From: Nitrosopumilaceae archaeon
Lineage (GTDB): Archaea > Thermoproteota > Nitrososphaeria > Nitrososphaerales > Nitrosopumilaceae
Length of the DNA stretch: 45,289 nucleotides
Direction: 5' to 3'
Assembly: GCA_050050475.1 (NCBI GenBank)
Contig: JASFUC010000001.1
Location: forward strand, 1-45,289
Both the position numbers and the translations under genes were made by a program. Within the stretch, counting starts at the first letter, position 1. Each line of letters starts with the position of its first letter. Shown in pieces: positions 24,226-33,960 of the stretch. A model generated the notes under the pieces. The model ran no database searches. It worked only from the letters and a program-made list of their open reading frames with translations, and was not told the DNA's origin.

Positions 24226-24354
24226 ATGAATGGGTATACTGAATGTCCAAACTGTGTAATGGATAGGCTTATTGTTCCATTAAAATCAAAGGGTGATTTT
24301 TCCGTTTGTCCAGTATGTGAAAAAACTTTTGAAAAATTTCTCTCAAAAAATTAA
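24226..24354 (+). CDS. 42-aa zinc-ribbon micro-protein (ECPNC...CPVC)
   Basis: MNGYTECPNCVMDRLIVPLKSKGDFSVCPVCEKTFEKFLSKN. Paralog of 24724..24831. Confidence 0.5.
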   Translation: MNGYTECPNCVMDRLIVPLKSKGDFSVCPVCEKTFEKFLSKN

Positions 24355-24403
24355 TTTCAACAATTATTTCTCATTATAAAATCAAGAAAACAATGTTGGC
24401 AAA

Positions 24404-24511
24404 TCATAGAGTTGGTGGTGTAATTACTAACTCATGATTACCACATGTACATCCTGGATCTCTTAGTTTTTTTGAAGCACATGTACACTTTCTACAACAT
24501 CCATATTTCAT
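24404..24511 (-). CDS. 35-aa Cys-rich micro-peptide (paralog of 13784..13882)
   Basis: MKYGCCRKCTCASKKLRDPGCTCGNHELVITPPTL. Confidence 0.7.
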   Translation of the reverse strand: MKYGCCRKCTCASKKLRDPGCTCGNHELVITPPTL

Positions 24512-24723
24512 GACCTAGTTTATTGACAATTAATTATATTCTCATGTTGAAATTCCAGCTAAATTTTTTCAAGAACAGCTAATCATTTGTTGATCAATTT
24601 GTATCTTTAAACCTATCAACAGAGATTTTCATCAAGGAAAAATTAAACTAAAAAAATATTCGATATAGTCTGAAATGAATCAGACTGACATGGGACTAAA
24701 TAACCTTATTTTGTTCGAGTATT

Positions 24724-24831
24724 ATGAATCTAGACCCTGAATGCCCAAACTGCATAAAATTCAAAATAGGTGGTCCTTTAACAGGAAAAGGAAGGTCTAT
24801 GGCTTGTCCAATTTGCGATTCAATTTATTGA
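24724..24831 (+). CDS. 35-aa zinc-ribbon micro-protein (ECPNC...CPIC)
   Basis: MNLDPECPNCIKFKIGGPLTGKGRSMACPICDSIY. Confidence 0.5.
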   Translation: MNLDPECPNCIKFKIGGPLTGKGRSMACPICDSIY

Positions 24832-24953
24832 AAATTTCTTTACCCCAAAAATTATTTTCAAAAAAATTGAATTAATCAGTTCTTTTTTGATTTTTTGGAC
24901 ACAAAAACGAATGTATGTTGATGTTGAATTCACTAATTTGAGATCAAATCAAA

Positions 24954-25706
24954 TTAGGGCAGTTCTCCAACTCCTATGTTAATGTCCTCAGTACCCCCTT
25001 TTTCTCCACTTTCTTTCATTTCTCTTTCAATTGTTGCAATCTTTTCTTCCAGTGAAGCGATTTTTCTTTCAAGCTCCTCAATATCTTCTGAATTTTGTGA
25101 AGATTCGGTTGCAACATCAAAGAACACATCAAAGAATGAATCTACTGCATTAGCTGGGGAACATTCCCATTTGGATGTTCTTTCGTTAAACCCTAATTCT
25201 TGACCCCTTAGGCATTCATTGGTTCTTGGGGTATCTGCCTCAAAGAACACATCAAAGAATGAATCAGTTGATTCTTGTAATTCAGTCCAAATATCAAAAA
25301 AGCTATCTGCAGTGTAGGATTCATAGAATATATCAAAGAAACTATCTGCTCGTTCGGCATTCATTGAAATCATTTCAGTATCCCAGGTTCCACTGGCAGA
25401 GCTTTCCTCTTGATCATTTATTGTGATGTCTTTTCTTACATCCTCCACGCTTACTTGAATAATTTCCTCATTTGCTAGAAATTCTACTGCGTTAAGGAAT
25501 TCTGCGTCACTTGTTTGTCCTTCTACCCAAAACTGCATACTTGTTTTAATCCATTCTGGAACAGTTTTGACACTTACCCCGTCCTGTCCACTAGATCCAA
25601 TGTTTGAAACTTGTGCAAAAGCAGAATTACTAAATCCAATAAATAAAACAAAAACTGAAAATATTGCCAAACATTTTGTGTTTTTCAACCACTCTGAATA
25701 ATCCAA
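24954..25706 (-). CDS. Secreted protein with Trp-rich module, four DSFFD(I/V)(F/W) repeats and a C-terminal coiled coil
   Basis: TTG start, signal peptide ending SNSAFA-Q. Module at 25452-25562, repeats at ~25110-25350, then IEELERKIASLEEKIATIEREMKE. Confidence 0.75.
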   Translation of the reverse strand: MDYSEWLKNTKCLAIFSVFVLFIGFSNSAFAQVSNIGSSGQDGVSVKTVPEWIKTSMQFWVEGQTSDAEFLNAVEFLANEEIIQVSVEDVRKDITINDQEESSASGTWDTEMISMNAERADSFFDIFYESYTADSFFDIWTELQESTDSFFDVFFEADTPRTNECLRGQELGFNERTSKWECSPANAVDSFFDVFFDVATESSQNSEDIEELERKIASLEEKIATIEREMKESGEKGGTEDINIGVGELP

Positions 25707-25866
25707 ATAGTATAAAACTAGTTCGGTGAGCGAAAGAATTCTATTTTATTTTCTAAGAAAAATATTTTCAATGCATGATTTCTTTATCCAAATCCAAAAA
25801 TTTGATTGTAATAGCTTACTCTTACAAGATCACTCTTAATTACTATGTAAATCTCAAAAAATCTGG

Positions 25867-28752
25867 ATGCAGAAAATTTTCTTTTCAGTAATTTTGATTA
25901 TCTTTGGTTTAGTTTCTAGTTCGACTATTTTTTTCTCAATTGATGCGAATGCACAACAACTCACTATTGAGGCAACACGAGTAGATTCTGATGGTGACGG
26001 TGTGCCTGATTCAGAGGACAATTGCCCTGATGATATTAATCGTGATCAGAAAGACACCGATGGGGATGGAATAGGTGATGCATGTGATATGCGCCAAGAA
26101 ACACGCCCTGAACCTACCCGAGAAAAACCAGATTTGATTATTGAAAGTTTGACCCATTCCCCAGCAAATCCTGATACTGGAGAGATGATTACCTTCAAAG
26201 CTGTCGTAAAAAACATTGGTTTTGTGGAGTCTGGTAAATCCACCTTGGAATTTAGATTAGGAGGCGAATCGCCAGGACCTGAAAATAGATTCGATGTTCC
26301 ATCACTAGGGCCAGGCAAAACTCACACTGAAATACGCAAAGCTTCTTTTGATGATGCAAAAAATTATGGCAACACAGCAATTGCAGATGTTTTTGAGATA
26401 ATTGATGAACTAGATGAGGGCAATAATAAAAAAATCGACACTTTTTCTGTTAACAAATCTCCTGAAGAAAGACCAGATGCTGATAATGATGAAATTCCTG
26501 ATTCCTATGACAACTGTCCCAGAGATTCTAACCGTGATCAAAAGGACTCTGATGACGATGGTATAGGGGATGCATGCGATGTTGAAGAAACCGTTAACGA
26601 ATCAGTTTCGTCAATATCAATAGAACAAATTGAACGAGAGGATCAAAGAAATGACGAACCTGTCAAATTAAGGCCCAAAGTTCCAACCTGGGTCAAGACC
26701 ACAGCCCAATTTTGGGTAGATGGTAATGTTGGAGATAAAGACTTTACAGGTGGAATAGGTTACCTTATTCAAGAGAGAATTATTGATTTTAAAGACAAGC
26801 CTCCTAAAGCAAGCGTTTCTGAAGGTGAGTCAGATTCTGAACCTTCTGTCCCAACATGGATTAGAGAAACTACAAAGTGGTGGATAGAGGAGAAGGTTCC
26901 AGAAGATCAGTTCCTTGAAGGAATCAAATGGCTCGTGGCAAATAAGATAATTTCAGTTGGACAGAAAATGGATACTAGTCCAGAAGGTGATATGGAGTGG
27001 CAACCAGTTGAGCAATCAAAGGGACTTTCTAAAGCCGCAGGTTCACATGATCCTATAGCAATTGAAGGTGGCTCAATAGACGATCCCAACAAGTACATCG
27101 GAGTATGGAGGGCAGGAAATTATGATCATTACCTTTGGCTAGGTGATAATTGGAATGGTTTTATCAATAAAGGAAATGAACTGGCAAATGATGGATTTCA
27201 TCTTATCGATATGGAACGATCAAAAAAAGATGGGATAGACCAATTCAATGGTGTTTGGAAGAAAGATACGGGAGCAAATCTTCTGGTCTCCGGCAAAACT
27301 TGGGATGACTTTTTGGCGGATGGTCAAGACAAAGCAAATGAGGGATATCGTCTAATTGACGTTGAAAGATACATTAAAAATAATCAAGCACAATATAACG
27401 GAGTTTGGGTTTCAGGCGATGATTCAAACTTTGTAGTTAGCGGAAAGACCTGGAATAATTTCAGAGATGAAGTTACTGCTAATGCAGATGATAATTTACG
27501 TTTAATTGATTTAGAAACTTTTAGCTCTGGAAACCAACAAAAATTCTTTGGAATTTATCGAAGCGGTTCATATGACTATGGAATACAATCTCCGATGGGT
27601 TGGAAAGATTTTGTTGACGGTTGGAAACTTTTTAGCGATACTGACAGGAGATTAATAGACATTGAGAGATTTGATGATGGAGAAATAAAATATGCCGGAG
27701 TTTATGCGGAAGGAACTGATCCTTATGCTCTTTGGTATGCATCTGACAGAGAAGAATTTGTATCAAAGTGGAAAGAATATTCTGATAAAGGTCTTCGTTT
27801 AGTTGATGTGGAACTTTTTCCAAATCAATGCAGCATTGAATGTTTGAATGATGTAATACAAGATAATGGAGAAAAATGGACAGCATGGGGTAATCCAAAA
27901 ACTAACTTACATTGCGAGGGACTACCTGGAACTTGCAATTTTGATACCTCGACTAAAGATGTAGCTTACTCCGCACCAGTTGATGAAGTTGATGATAAAA
28001 CCTATGTCCGACTATCTGCTATTAATGAGGGGGATCAAATCTTTACGCTTCCCTTTGAAAGTAAACAGGTAGAGCTGTCTCAGACCTGGATTTACAATAG
28101 TGGTAATTATCATCATGCACATGATTACAAATCATCAACCGGTAATAGCTTTGAGATTCGTGCTGCGGCACCTGGAAAGGTCATTTTTGCTGATTGGACA
28201 AATTGGAGTGGAAACACGGTTATTATTAGTCATAATGTGGATGGGAAAAACGATGCGTATCGTACAATTTACAAGCACCTACGAAATGGTTCACAAAATG
28301 ATTGTAACAAATCATTAACTCAAAGTCTTCCAAATATATCAAATCAAACCCAGCAAAATAATTTCCAATCATATCTTAGTTATACAGGATGCATTAATGT
28401 CAACGATACTCCACTTGCATTGTATTGGGGAAGTGATACTGACACCATGGAAGTCCAAGCAGGGCAAGACGTTGATAGAGGTGAACTTCTTGGATTGGCA
28501 GGAAATACAGGCCCGGGAGGAATAATGCTAGCAATTAACGCAAATGACATTACAAAGACAAGTAAAAATATTCATCTTCACATTTACTTTGCAAAAAGAG
28601 ACAGCATTGATGACAAATGGTATCTTATTGATCCATATGGAATTTATTCACAACGAACCTGTTATCCAGTCGATATAGATGATCCAATCAACACCCCATG
28701 TAGCAGATATCAAGTGTTCTGGAAAGATGGGATAGCAAAATATCCGCAGTAA
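25867..28752 (+). CDS. 961-aa secreted multidomain protein: 2x thrombospondin type-3 repeats, CARDB-like domain, 2x Trp-rich modules, 5x ~50-aa tandem repeats, C-terminal M23 (LytM) metallopeptidase
   Basis: Signal peptide. DxDGDGxxDxxDNCPxxxNxDQxDxDxDGxGDACD occurs twice. HHAHD at 28111-28125 and HLH at 28573-28581. Confidence 0.9.
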   Translation: MQKIFFSVILIIFGLVSSSTIFFSIDANAQQLTIEATRVDSDGDGVPDSEDNCPDDINRDQKDTDGDGIGDACDMRQETRPEPTREKPDLIIESLTHSPANPDTGEMITFKAVVKNIGFVESGKSTLEFRLGGESPGPENRFDVPSLGPGKTHTEIRKASFDDAKNYGNTAIADVFEIIDELDEGNNKKIDTFSVNKSPEERPDADNDEIPDSYDNCPRDSNRDQKDSDDDGIGDACDVEETVNESVSSISIEQIEREDQRNDEPVKLRPKVPTWVKTTAQFWVDGNVGDKDFTGGIGYLIQERIIDFKDKPPKASVSEGESDSEPSVPTWIRETTKWWIEEKVPEDQFLEGIKWLVANKIISVGQKMDTSPEGDMEWQPVEQSKGLSKAAGSHDPIAIEGGSIDDPNKYIGVWRAGNYDHYLWLGDNWNGFINKGNELANDGFHLIDMERSKKDGIDQFNGVWKKDTGANLLVSGKTWDDFLADGQDKANEGYRLIDVERYIKNNQAQYNGVWVSGDDSNFVVSGKTWNNFRDEVTANADDNLRLIDLETFSSGNQQKFFGIYRSGSYDYGIQSPMGWKDFVDGWKLFSDTDRRLIDIERFDDGEIKYAGVYAEGTDPYALWYASDREEFVSKWKEYSDKGLRLVDVELFPNQCSIECLNDVIQDNGEKWTAWGNPKTNLHCEGLPGTCNFDTSTKDVAYSAPVDEVDDKTYVRLSAINEGDQIFTLPFESKQVELSQTWIYNSGNYHHAHDYKSSTGNSFEIRAAAPGKVIFADWTNWSGNTVIISHNVDGKNDAYRTIYKHLRNGSQNDCNKSLTQSLPNISNQTQQNNFQSYLSYTGCINVNDTPLALYWGSDTDTMEVQAGQDVDRGELLGLAGNTGPGGIMLAINANDITKTSKNIHLHIYFAKRDSIDDKWYLIDPYGIYSQRTCYPVDIDDPINTPCSRYQVFWKDGIAKYPQ

Positions 28753-28902
28753 ATAAATTGGAAATCTTTTTTCATAATTTTTATTAAATTTTTTTAAAAC
28801 AAATTCATTCAAATTTTAATTAATTTACACCATGATGATTTTTTCAAACATTATAACTATCATAAGATAACAAATTTTTTATATTATTTTTTTTAAAAAA
28901 AC

Positions 28903-29958
28903 ATGTTGCCAATTGACGAGACAAAATTACAAGAATTTTTAGGAAAAGCAGTATCTGATCTTGGAGCAACAGTAAGTTCAACCTTGGTAGTTATTGGCGA
29001 AAAATTGGGTCTTTATGAGGCTTTAGCCGAATCAGGCCCACTCAATTCTCATGAGCTTGCAGAAAAAACTGGTATTTTAGAAAGATATGCCTTTGAATGG
29101 CTAAACAATCAAGCAGCTGGTGGATACATTGCCTATGATTCCAAGGCTAACAAATACTATCTTCCCGAAGAACAAAAAGCATGCTTAGCTGATAAAGACA
29201 GTCCTACTTATCTCCCTGGCTCATTTCAATCATTTCTTTCAATGGCAAAAGACGAGGAAAAAGTAACTAAAGCATTCAAAGAAAAACAGGGAATTCATTG
29301 GGGTGACCATCACTGTGATTTGTATGAGGGTGTAGAGCGGTTTTTCAGAACGAAATATCTTGCAAATTTGGTATCAAGCTGGATTCCGTCCCTGAACGGA
29401 GTTCAGGAAAAACTACGCGAAGGGATACAGATTGCCGACGTGGGTTGTGGTCATGGTTCTTCAACTATCATCATGGCAAAAGAATACCCAAATTCCAAAT
29501 TTGTCGGATTTGATTATCATCCTGAATCAATCAAAACAGCCACACAAAGAGCTCAAGATGCCGGAGTAAGTGATCGTGTGTCCTTTAAAGTTTCAGACTC
29601 GACAAATTTTTCAGGAACATATGATTTTGTAACCGTCTTTGATGCACTTCATGACATGGGAGATCCACATGGAGCAGCTGCACAAATCTACAAATCGCTA
29701 AAGCCAGATGGCTCTTGGATGATAGTTGAGCCCTTCTCAAGTGATAAACCACGAGAGAATCATAATCCCATTGGAAGAATGTTTTATGGTGCTTCAGCTA
29801 CTGTATGTGTTCCGTGCTCCATTGCAGGAAATGGTCCTGGGCTTGGAGCTCAAGCTGGTCCCACGAGAATTGGTGAGGTAGTAAAAAGTGGAGGATTCAC
29901 CAAATTCCGAGTTGCCACTCAAACTCCAATGAACATAATTTACGAAGCTAATCCTTGA
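28903..29958 (+). CDS. Class I SAM-dependent methyltransferase with N-terminal winged-helix-like domain
   Basis: IADVGCGHGSS motif I, FDYH, VFDALHDMGDP. Confidence 0.8.
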   Translation: MLPIDETKLQEFLGKAVSDLGATVSSTLVVIGEKLGLYEALAESGPLNSHELAEKTGILERYAFEWLNNQAAGGYIAYDSKANKYYLPEEQKACLADKDSPTYLPGSFQSFLSMAKDEEKVTKAFKEKQGIHWGDHHCDLYEGVERFFRTKYLANLVSSWIPSLNGVQEKLREGIQIADVGCGHGSSTIIMAKEYPNSKFVGFDYHPESIKTATQRAQDAGVSDRVSFKVSDSTNFSGTYDFVTVFDALHDMGDPHGAAAQIYKSLKPDGSWMIVEPFSSDKPRENHNPIGRMFYGASATVCVPCSIAGNGPGLGAQAGPTRIGEVVKSGGFTKFRVATQTPMNIIYEANP

Positions 29959-30050
29959 TGGTTTAATAAAAAAACTCTAGATTCACTTTAGCATTCCCAA
30001 TCTTATTGGATGTAAAAAACTGGATGTTTCTTTGCCAAAATAAATTTCAT

Positions 30051-30719
30051 CTAAATTACCTCAAATGAATCTATTATGGATAGATACTCTGATTTTTTCT
30101 CGATTGTTAGATTATTTGGATTCTGGCCTGAATATTGCAGCATAAACAATCTGTTGTCTTTTAGAAATAACACTTGCTCCCCATAATTCCAGTTTTCAGT
30201 TGGAATCTCCATTGCAAATATTGCCCACTCCTGCGAATCTGAAATTTGTTTTATTGGTACATTGACATCAATTTGAGATTGCAATTGGCTAATTTGAGAA
30301 TCAATGTATGGCTCTAGTGCAAAGTCTTGTGCAGATACATCAAAGACCGTAATCATGAATTGTTTTTTGTGATCCTCTTCAAGATAAAATCCGTGGATTA
30401 GTCCTTTTGATTTTAGTGACTCTAGTTTTTGTGGGGAAAACACTTCTTCAACTGAATGTGCATCCCAATTACCGTTTGGTGCCAACACTTGAAATCCTAA
30501 ATCAGTGTTTGAAAATAATGAGCCGTCTGAATCTGTGAACTCTTGAGGATACTGCATTGTAATTTGGCCAAACCCTGACTTGACAGATAGATTACTCTCT
30601 CCCTGTGGTACAGCAAAATATTCTTGATAACCAAACACTGCAATAGTTGCTGGAATCATGAGGATTAATGCCCACCTGAGTATTTTGCGCTCACTTTGGG
30701 ATTCGGATTGCAAAGACAT
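30051..30719 (-). CDS. N-terminally anchored extracellular hypothetical protein
   Basis: One TM helix (WALILMIPATIAVFGY), then a ~180-aa domain with no motif recognised. Confidence 0.55.
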   Translation of the reverse strand: MSLQSESQSERKILRWALILMIPATIAVFGYQEYFAVPQGESNLSVKSGFGQITMQYPQEFTDSDGSLFSNTDLGFQVLAPNGNWDAHSVEEVFSPQKLESLKSKGLIHGFYLEEDHKKQFMITVFDVSAQDFALEPYIDSQISQLQSQIDVNVPIKQISDSQEWAIFAMEIPTENWNYGEQVLFLKDNRLFMLQYSGQNPNNLTIEKKSEYLSIIDSFEVI

Positions 30720-30844
30720 TGCAATTTGTGATTTCTTGCGTTATTTTAGTGGTTTTTTAGGCATGAAATAAGGATGGTGAGTTTATGCATTCTTGCAATT
30801 TTTGAGATTGCTCTTCATATGTTTAAGGAAAAATAGTTCTCCTG

Positions 30845-31459
30845 TCATGGAATGATTTTATTTTGGGTAAACAGTTCTTCTAACAGATTTCCATCTACAT
30901 CTACATGTCTGATATACCAAATATCCTCAACATACCCAATCCAAATTTCAGTAAAATCATTTAATTCGTAGACAAAGATATGTATTCCACTTCCTATGTC
31001 GTCATGAGGTTTGCCAAATTTAGAAAATATTGTTTCAATATCATTTGATTCAGATATTGTATCCTTAAAATCTTCAAGTGTTGGAATTATTTTTTCCATG
31101 TATGAGGAAGTCGATTCTAATTCTGACAGGTCTCTTGATTGAACGGCCTTGATAATGTTGCTTACCCAATTTCTTTTAATCAATTCAAAATATGTATCAG
31201 GTTTCACACATGCAGGGCTCCCATCATATCTTTGGGTTAGCTGTAGCCCTAGATTGCAAACTATTTCATGATAAGCGACACCGGATTTGAATTGTTTTAG
31301 TGGAGGTAATTTTTGTTCAGGATATCCAAGAGGCATGGAATGAACTATGTTAGGGTCATGTGTTGCAAGTGCAATGCCGACAAATCCAATCAAACTCAGG
31401 AATAAAACTGAAATTACAAAATATTTCATAATACTAATGAAAGATACAGGAGAGTTCAT
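30845..31459 (-). CDS. Secreted protein with PACVKP two-Cys module
   Basis: Signal peptide. PLKQFKSGVAYHEIVCNLGLQLTQRYDGSPACVKPDTYFELIKRNW at ~31150-31290. Confidence 0.65.
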   Translation of the reverse strand: MNSPVSFISIMKYFVISVLFLSLIGFVGIALATHDPNIVHSMPLGYPEQKLPPLKQFKSGVAYHEIVCNLGLQLTQRYDGSPACVKPDTYFELIKRNWVSNIIKAVQSRDLSELESTSSYMEKIIPTLEDFKDTISESNDIETIFSKFGKPHDDIGSGIHIFVYELNDFTEIWIGYVEDIWYIRHVDVDGNLLEELFTQNKIIP

Positions 31460-31501
31460 AAATAATTCGAATCTTTGCAGTGCACCTAAATTAAAATTAA
31501 T

Positions 31502-32947
31502 TTATCTTTGAGTTGCGTAAAATTTTTCATCAGCTGAATCCCAAACTATTTTCACATCTGGATCATTTTCAAAACTATTTGCCATTGATTGCAGTTCTTG
31601 GTGTAATTCTAGTTTGAGATCCTCTAGTGCCTGTATTTTGTCTTCTAGGATCTGTTCTTTGTATAACTCGTTATTGTCACGGACCTCCATTATCTGAATT
31701 GCAAGTTCTTCTTTGCTCATTTGTCCATCCGAATTAAATTCTAAGAGTAATTCTTTTTCTTGGGTGTGTGCCGATTTGTCAGCCTCCTGGTACATTAGAT
31801 CATAGTGTTTCTTTAGCTGAATTTGTTCTAGGACATTGTTATCATAGATATCAAGAATTTCTTGATTTATCTCAAATACTTGATTTTTGACGTCTTTTTG
31901 TTTGTCTTTGCTTGCAATAAATTCGGTAAGATCGTGTATTTCTGCTTTATTTTCTAAAATCCAAGTTTGGGCAACTGACTCCAGTACGCATCCATATGCC
32001 TTGGCCTCAAAATGATACACCACAATATGTCTATCTTTACATTTTGTTGCAGGATTTGTTGGGATGTTTGGAGTAAGAGATGCCTCATCATAAATAACAG
32101 CTTCAGTATCGACAATTTCTCCAATTCCGTGCCGTTCCCACATCTCGGCAGTTGACTCTGTAATGCATGCGTAATCATTGTTGGCCAATCTATGAACAAC
32201 AACATATCCTGAGCGGCAATCTGTACCGGGACTAGTCTCTAATGATTCGTATGCATATTGATCATTTGGATTAGCATCAAGATACTCGGGACTTGCCCTA
32301 TAGTCTTTGTAAAACTCTCCAAGTGTTGCAACAGTATACGGGTCTCGTGTTATTTGACCAGTAGAATTAAACAATAATTGTTCTTTGTAGTAAGCCAAAT
32401 TGTGTTTTACATTAAACTGTGCATTCATTTCAATTAATTCGATTCTTTTGGTTTCTGCAGCTTTGTGATATGCAGCTCTTGCTTGGCTTAGTGTTCCTCC
32501 GTTTGCAATGACTTCCTTAAGTGCAGTTCGTCCTGCATCAACTTTCATTTCCATAAACTCAAACTGATCCCAGAACACTCCTTGTATTTGAGTAGGTTTG
32601 TCTTCTACAAATCTTTCAAATGCTGCACGTGCAGTATAGTTTGCCCAAAGATTTTCCCATTCTAACAAGTCTTGATTTAGTCGCTCAAGAGCTATCGCAC
32701 GTTTTTCTTCAAGTTCTTGTTGGGCTTGAGTCCTTTCATACTCTCTTTTTTCCAAATCGGCAATCCATTGTTTTGTCTGTTCGATTTTCTCTAAAATATC
32801 TTGAGCAATAGGATTGTTTGCCAAATTCCCTGAAAGAGTTGTTTGGTTACTTGTATTGATTGGGGATTGTGCATAGCTAAAATGATTAGAGCCTAGAATT
32901 GCACCAAAGACAAAAACTATCAATAATGCAATCCCGATACGTCCCAA
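31502..32947 (-). CDS. Secreted coiled-coil protein with two degenerate two-Cys modules
   Basis: TTG start and signal peptide. CRSGYVVVHRLANNDYACITESTAEMW and CKDRHIVVYHFEAKAYGCVLESVAQTW are flanked by long heptad-like regions. Confidence 0.7.
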   Translation of the reverse strand: MGRIGIALLIVFVFGAILGSNHFSYAQSPINTSNQTTLSGNLANNPIAQDILEKIEQTKQWIADLEKREYERTQAQQELEEKRAIALERLNQDLLEWENLWANYTARAAFERFVEDKPTQIQGVFWDQFEFMEMKVDAGRTALKEVIANGGTLSQARAAYHKAAETKRIELIEMNAQFNVKHNLAYYKEQLLFNSTGQITRDPYTVATLGEFYKDYRASPEYLDANPNDQYAYESLETSPGTDCRSGYVVVHRLANNDYACITESTAEMWERHGIGEIVDTEAVIYDEASLTPNIPTNPATKCKDRHIVVYHFEAKAYGCVLESVAQTWILENKAEIHDLTEFIASKDKQKDVKNQVFEINQEILDIYDNNVLEQIQLKKHYDLMYQEADKSAHTQEKELLLEFNSDGQMSKEELAIQIMEVRDNNELYKEQILEDKIQALEDLKLELHQELQSMANSFENDPDVKIVWDSADEKFYATQR

Positions 32948-33191
32948 CGATCACGAAAAAAAATGATCATATTTAAAAAATGCGCACAAGTTCTTCGAAT
33001 TAATTGGAGGCATATCTAGAAACGGCTTATTTTATTCTAATTGATATTGTCAACTAGTCTTGAATTATTCATACCTCATTCATCAATTTTCTATTGAGGC
33101 GTTTGAGTTTATTTGATATAACAAAACTAGTCCATTGGGATCACTTTTATTCACTTTAAGGATTATGGATAAAATTTTAACATAATTTATC

Positions 33192-33824
33192 GTGACAAAC
33201 TTTGAAAAAAGCTGGACGCCAAGCAACTCTGTAGGTTTCACAGAGAAGGTTGGAGGTGTTTTTCACAAGCAAGAACCCCTAAAACCCAGAGTGCAAGGTG
33301 CAACTAGGCAACTAAGCACACCTATAAGCAAGCTTGATTTTGTCACACAAAAATTAGATCAAAAGGACGCAAAGCTTTTTGCAAAAATAGTTGAGGCAAA
33401 ACAGAGTCAAAACATTACCCAGGCCAAAATTTTGGCAAACGAGCTCCTCGAGCTTCGCAAGCACAAAAAAGTAGTGGGAAACATGAAGATCTCCCTTGAA
33501 AAAGTCAAGATGAGGCTAACTACTGTCAATGAACTGGGTGATATGATGTATGCATTAGGACCTGCAATGTCTGCAATGAAGGAAATCGGCCCTGCCCTTA
33601 CAAAGTTCATCCCAGAAGCTGATGCAGAATTTAGCGCAATGGGTGATGCATTGGGAGGATTAATGTCAAATACATTTGAAGGAGGTTTCGAAGGAAGCTT
33701 TGATTCTAATGAGGAGACAGAGTTAATCTTACAGGAGGCATCCGCTGTTGCAGGAGAACAGATTGGGGAAAAGTTCCCTACGGTTCCAGTAGAGTTATCC
33801 TCAAGAATAACTTCTCAAAACTAG
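33192..33824 (+). CDS. ESCRT-III (Snf7/CdvB-like) protein
   Basis: GTG start. LFAKIVEAKQSQNITQAKILANELLELRKHKKVVGNMKISLEKVKMRLTTVNELGDMM... is followed by an acidic C-terminus, the architecture typical of archaeal CdvB paralogs. Confidence 0.7.
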   Translation: MTNFEKSWTPSNSVGFTEKVGGVFHKQEPLKPRVQGATRQLSTPISKLDFVTQKLDQKDAKLFAKIVEAKQSQNITQAKILANELLELRKHKKVVGNMKISLEKVKMRLTTVNELGDMMYALGPAMSAMKEIGPALTKFIPEADAEFSAMGDALGGLMSNTFEGGFEGSFDSNEETELILQEASAVAGEQIGEKFPTVPVELSSRITSQN

Positions 33825-33960
33825 ATGTTTTATTTTTCCAAATGTTTTATATTCATAATTTGCCCAAAGATGACTCTGGAATTATCAATTAGTTGACTTC
33901 TTTTGGGATTTGAACAATTTTCTCTTCTTTTAATAATTATTGGCAACAAATGGTAGAAAA

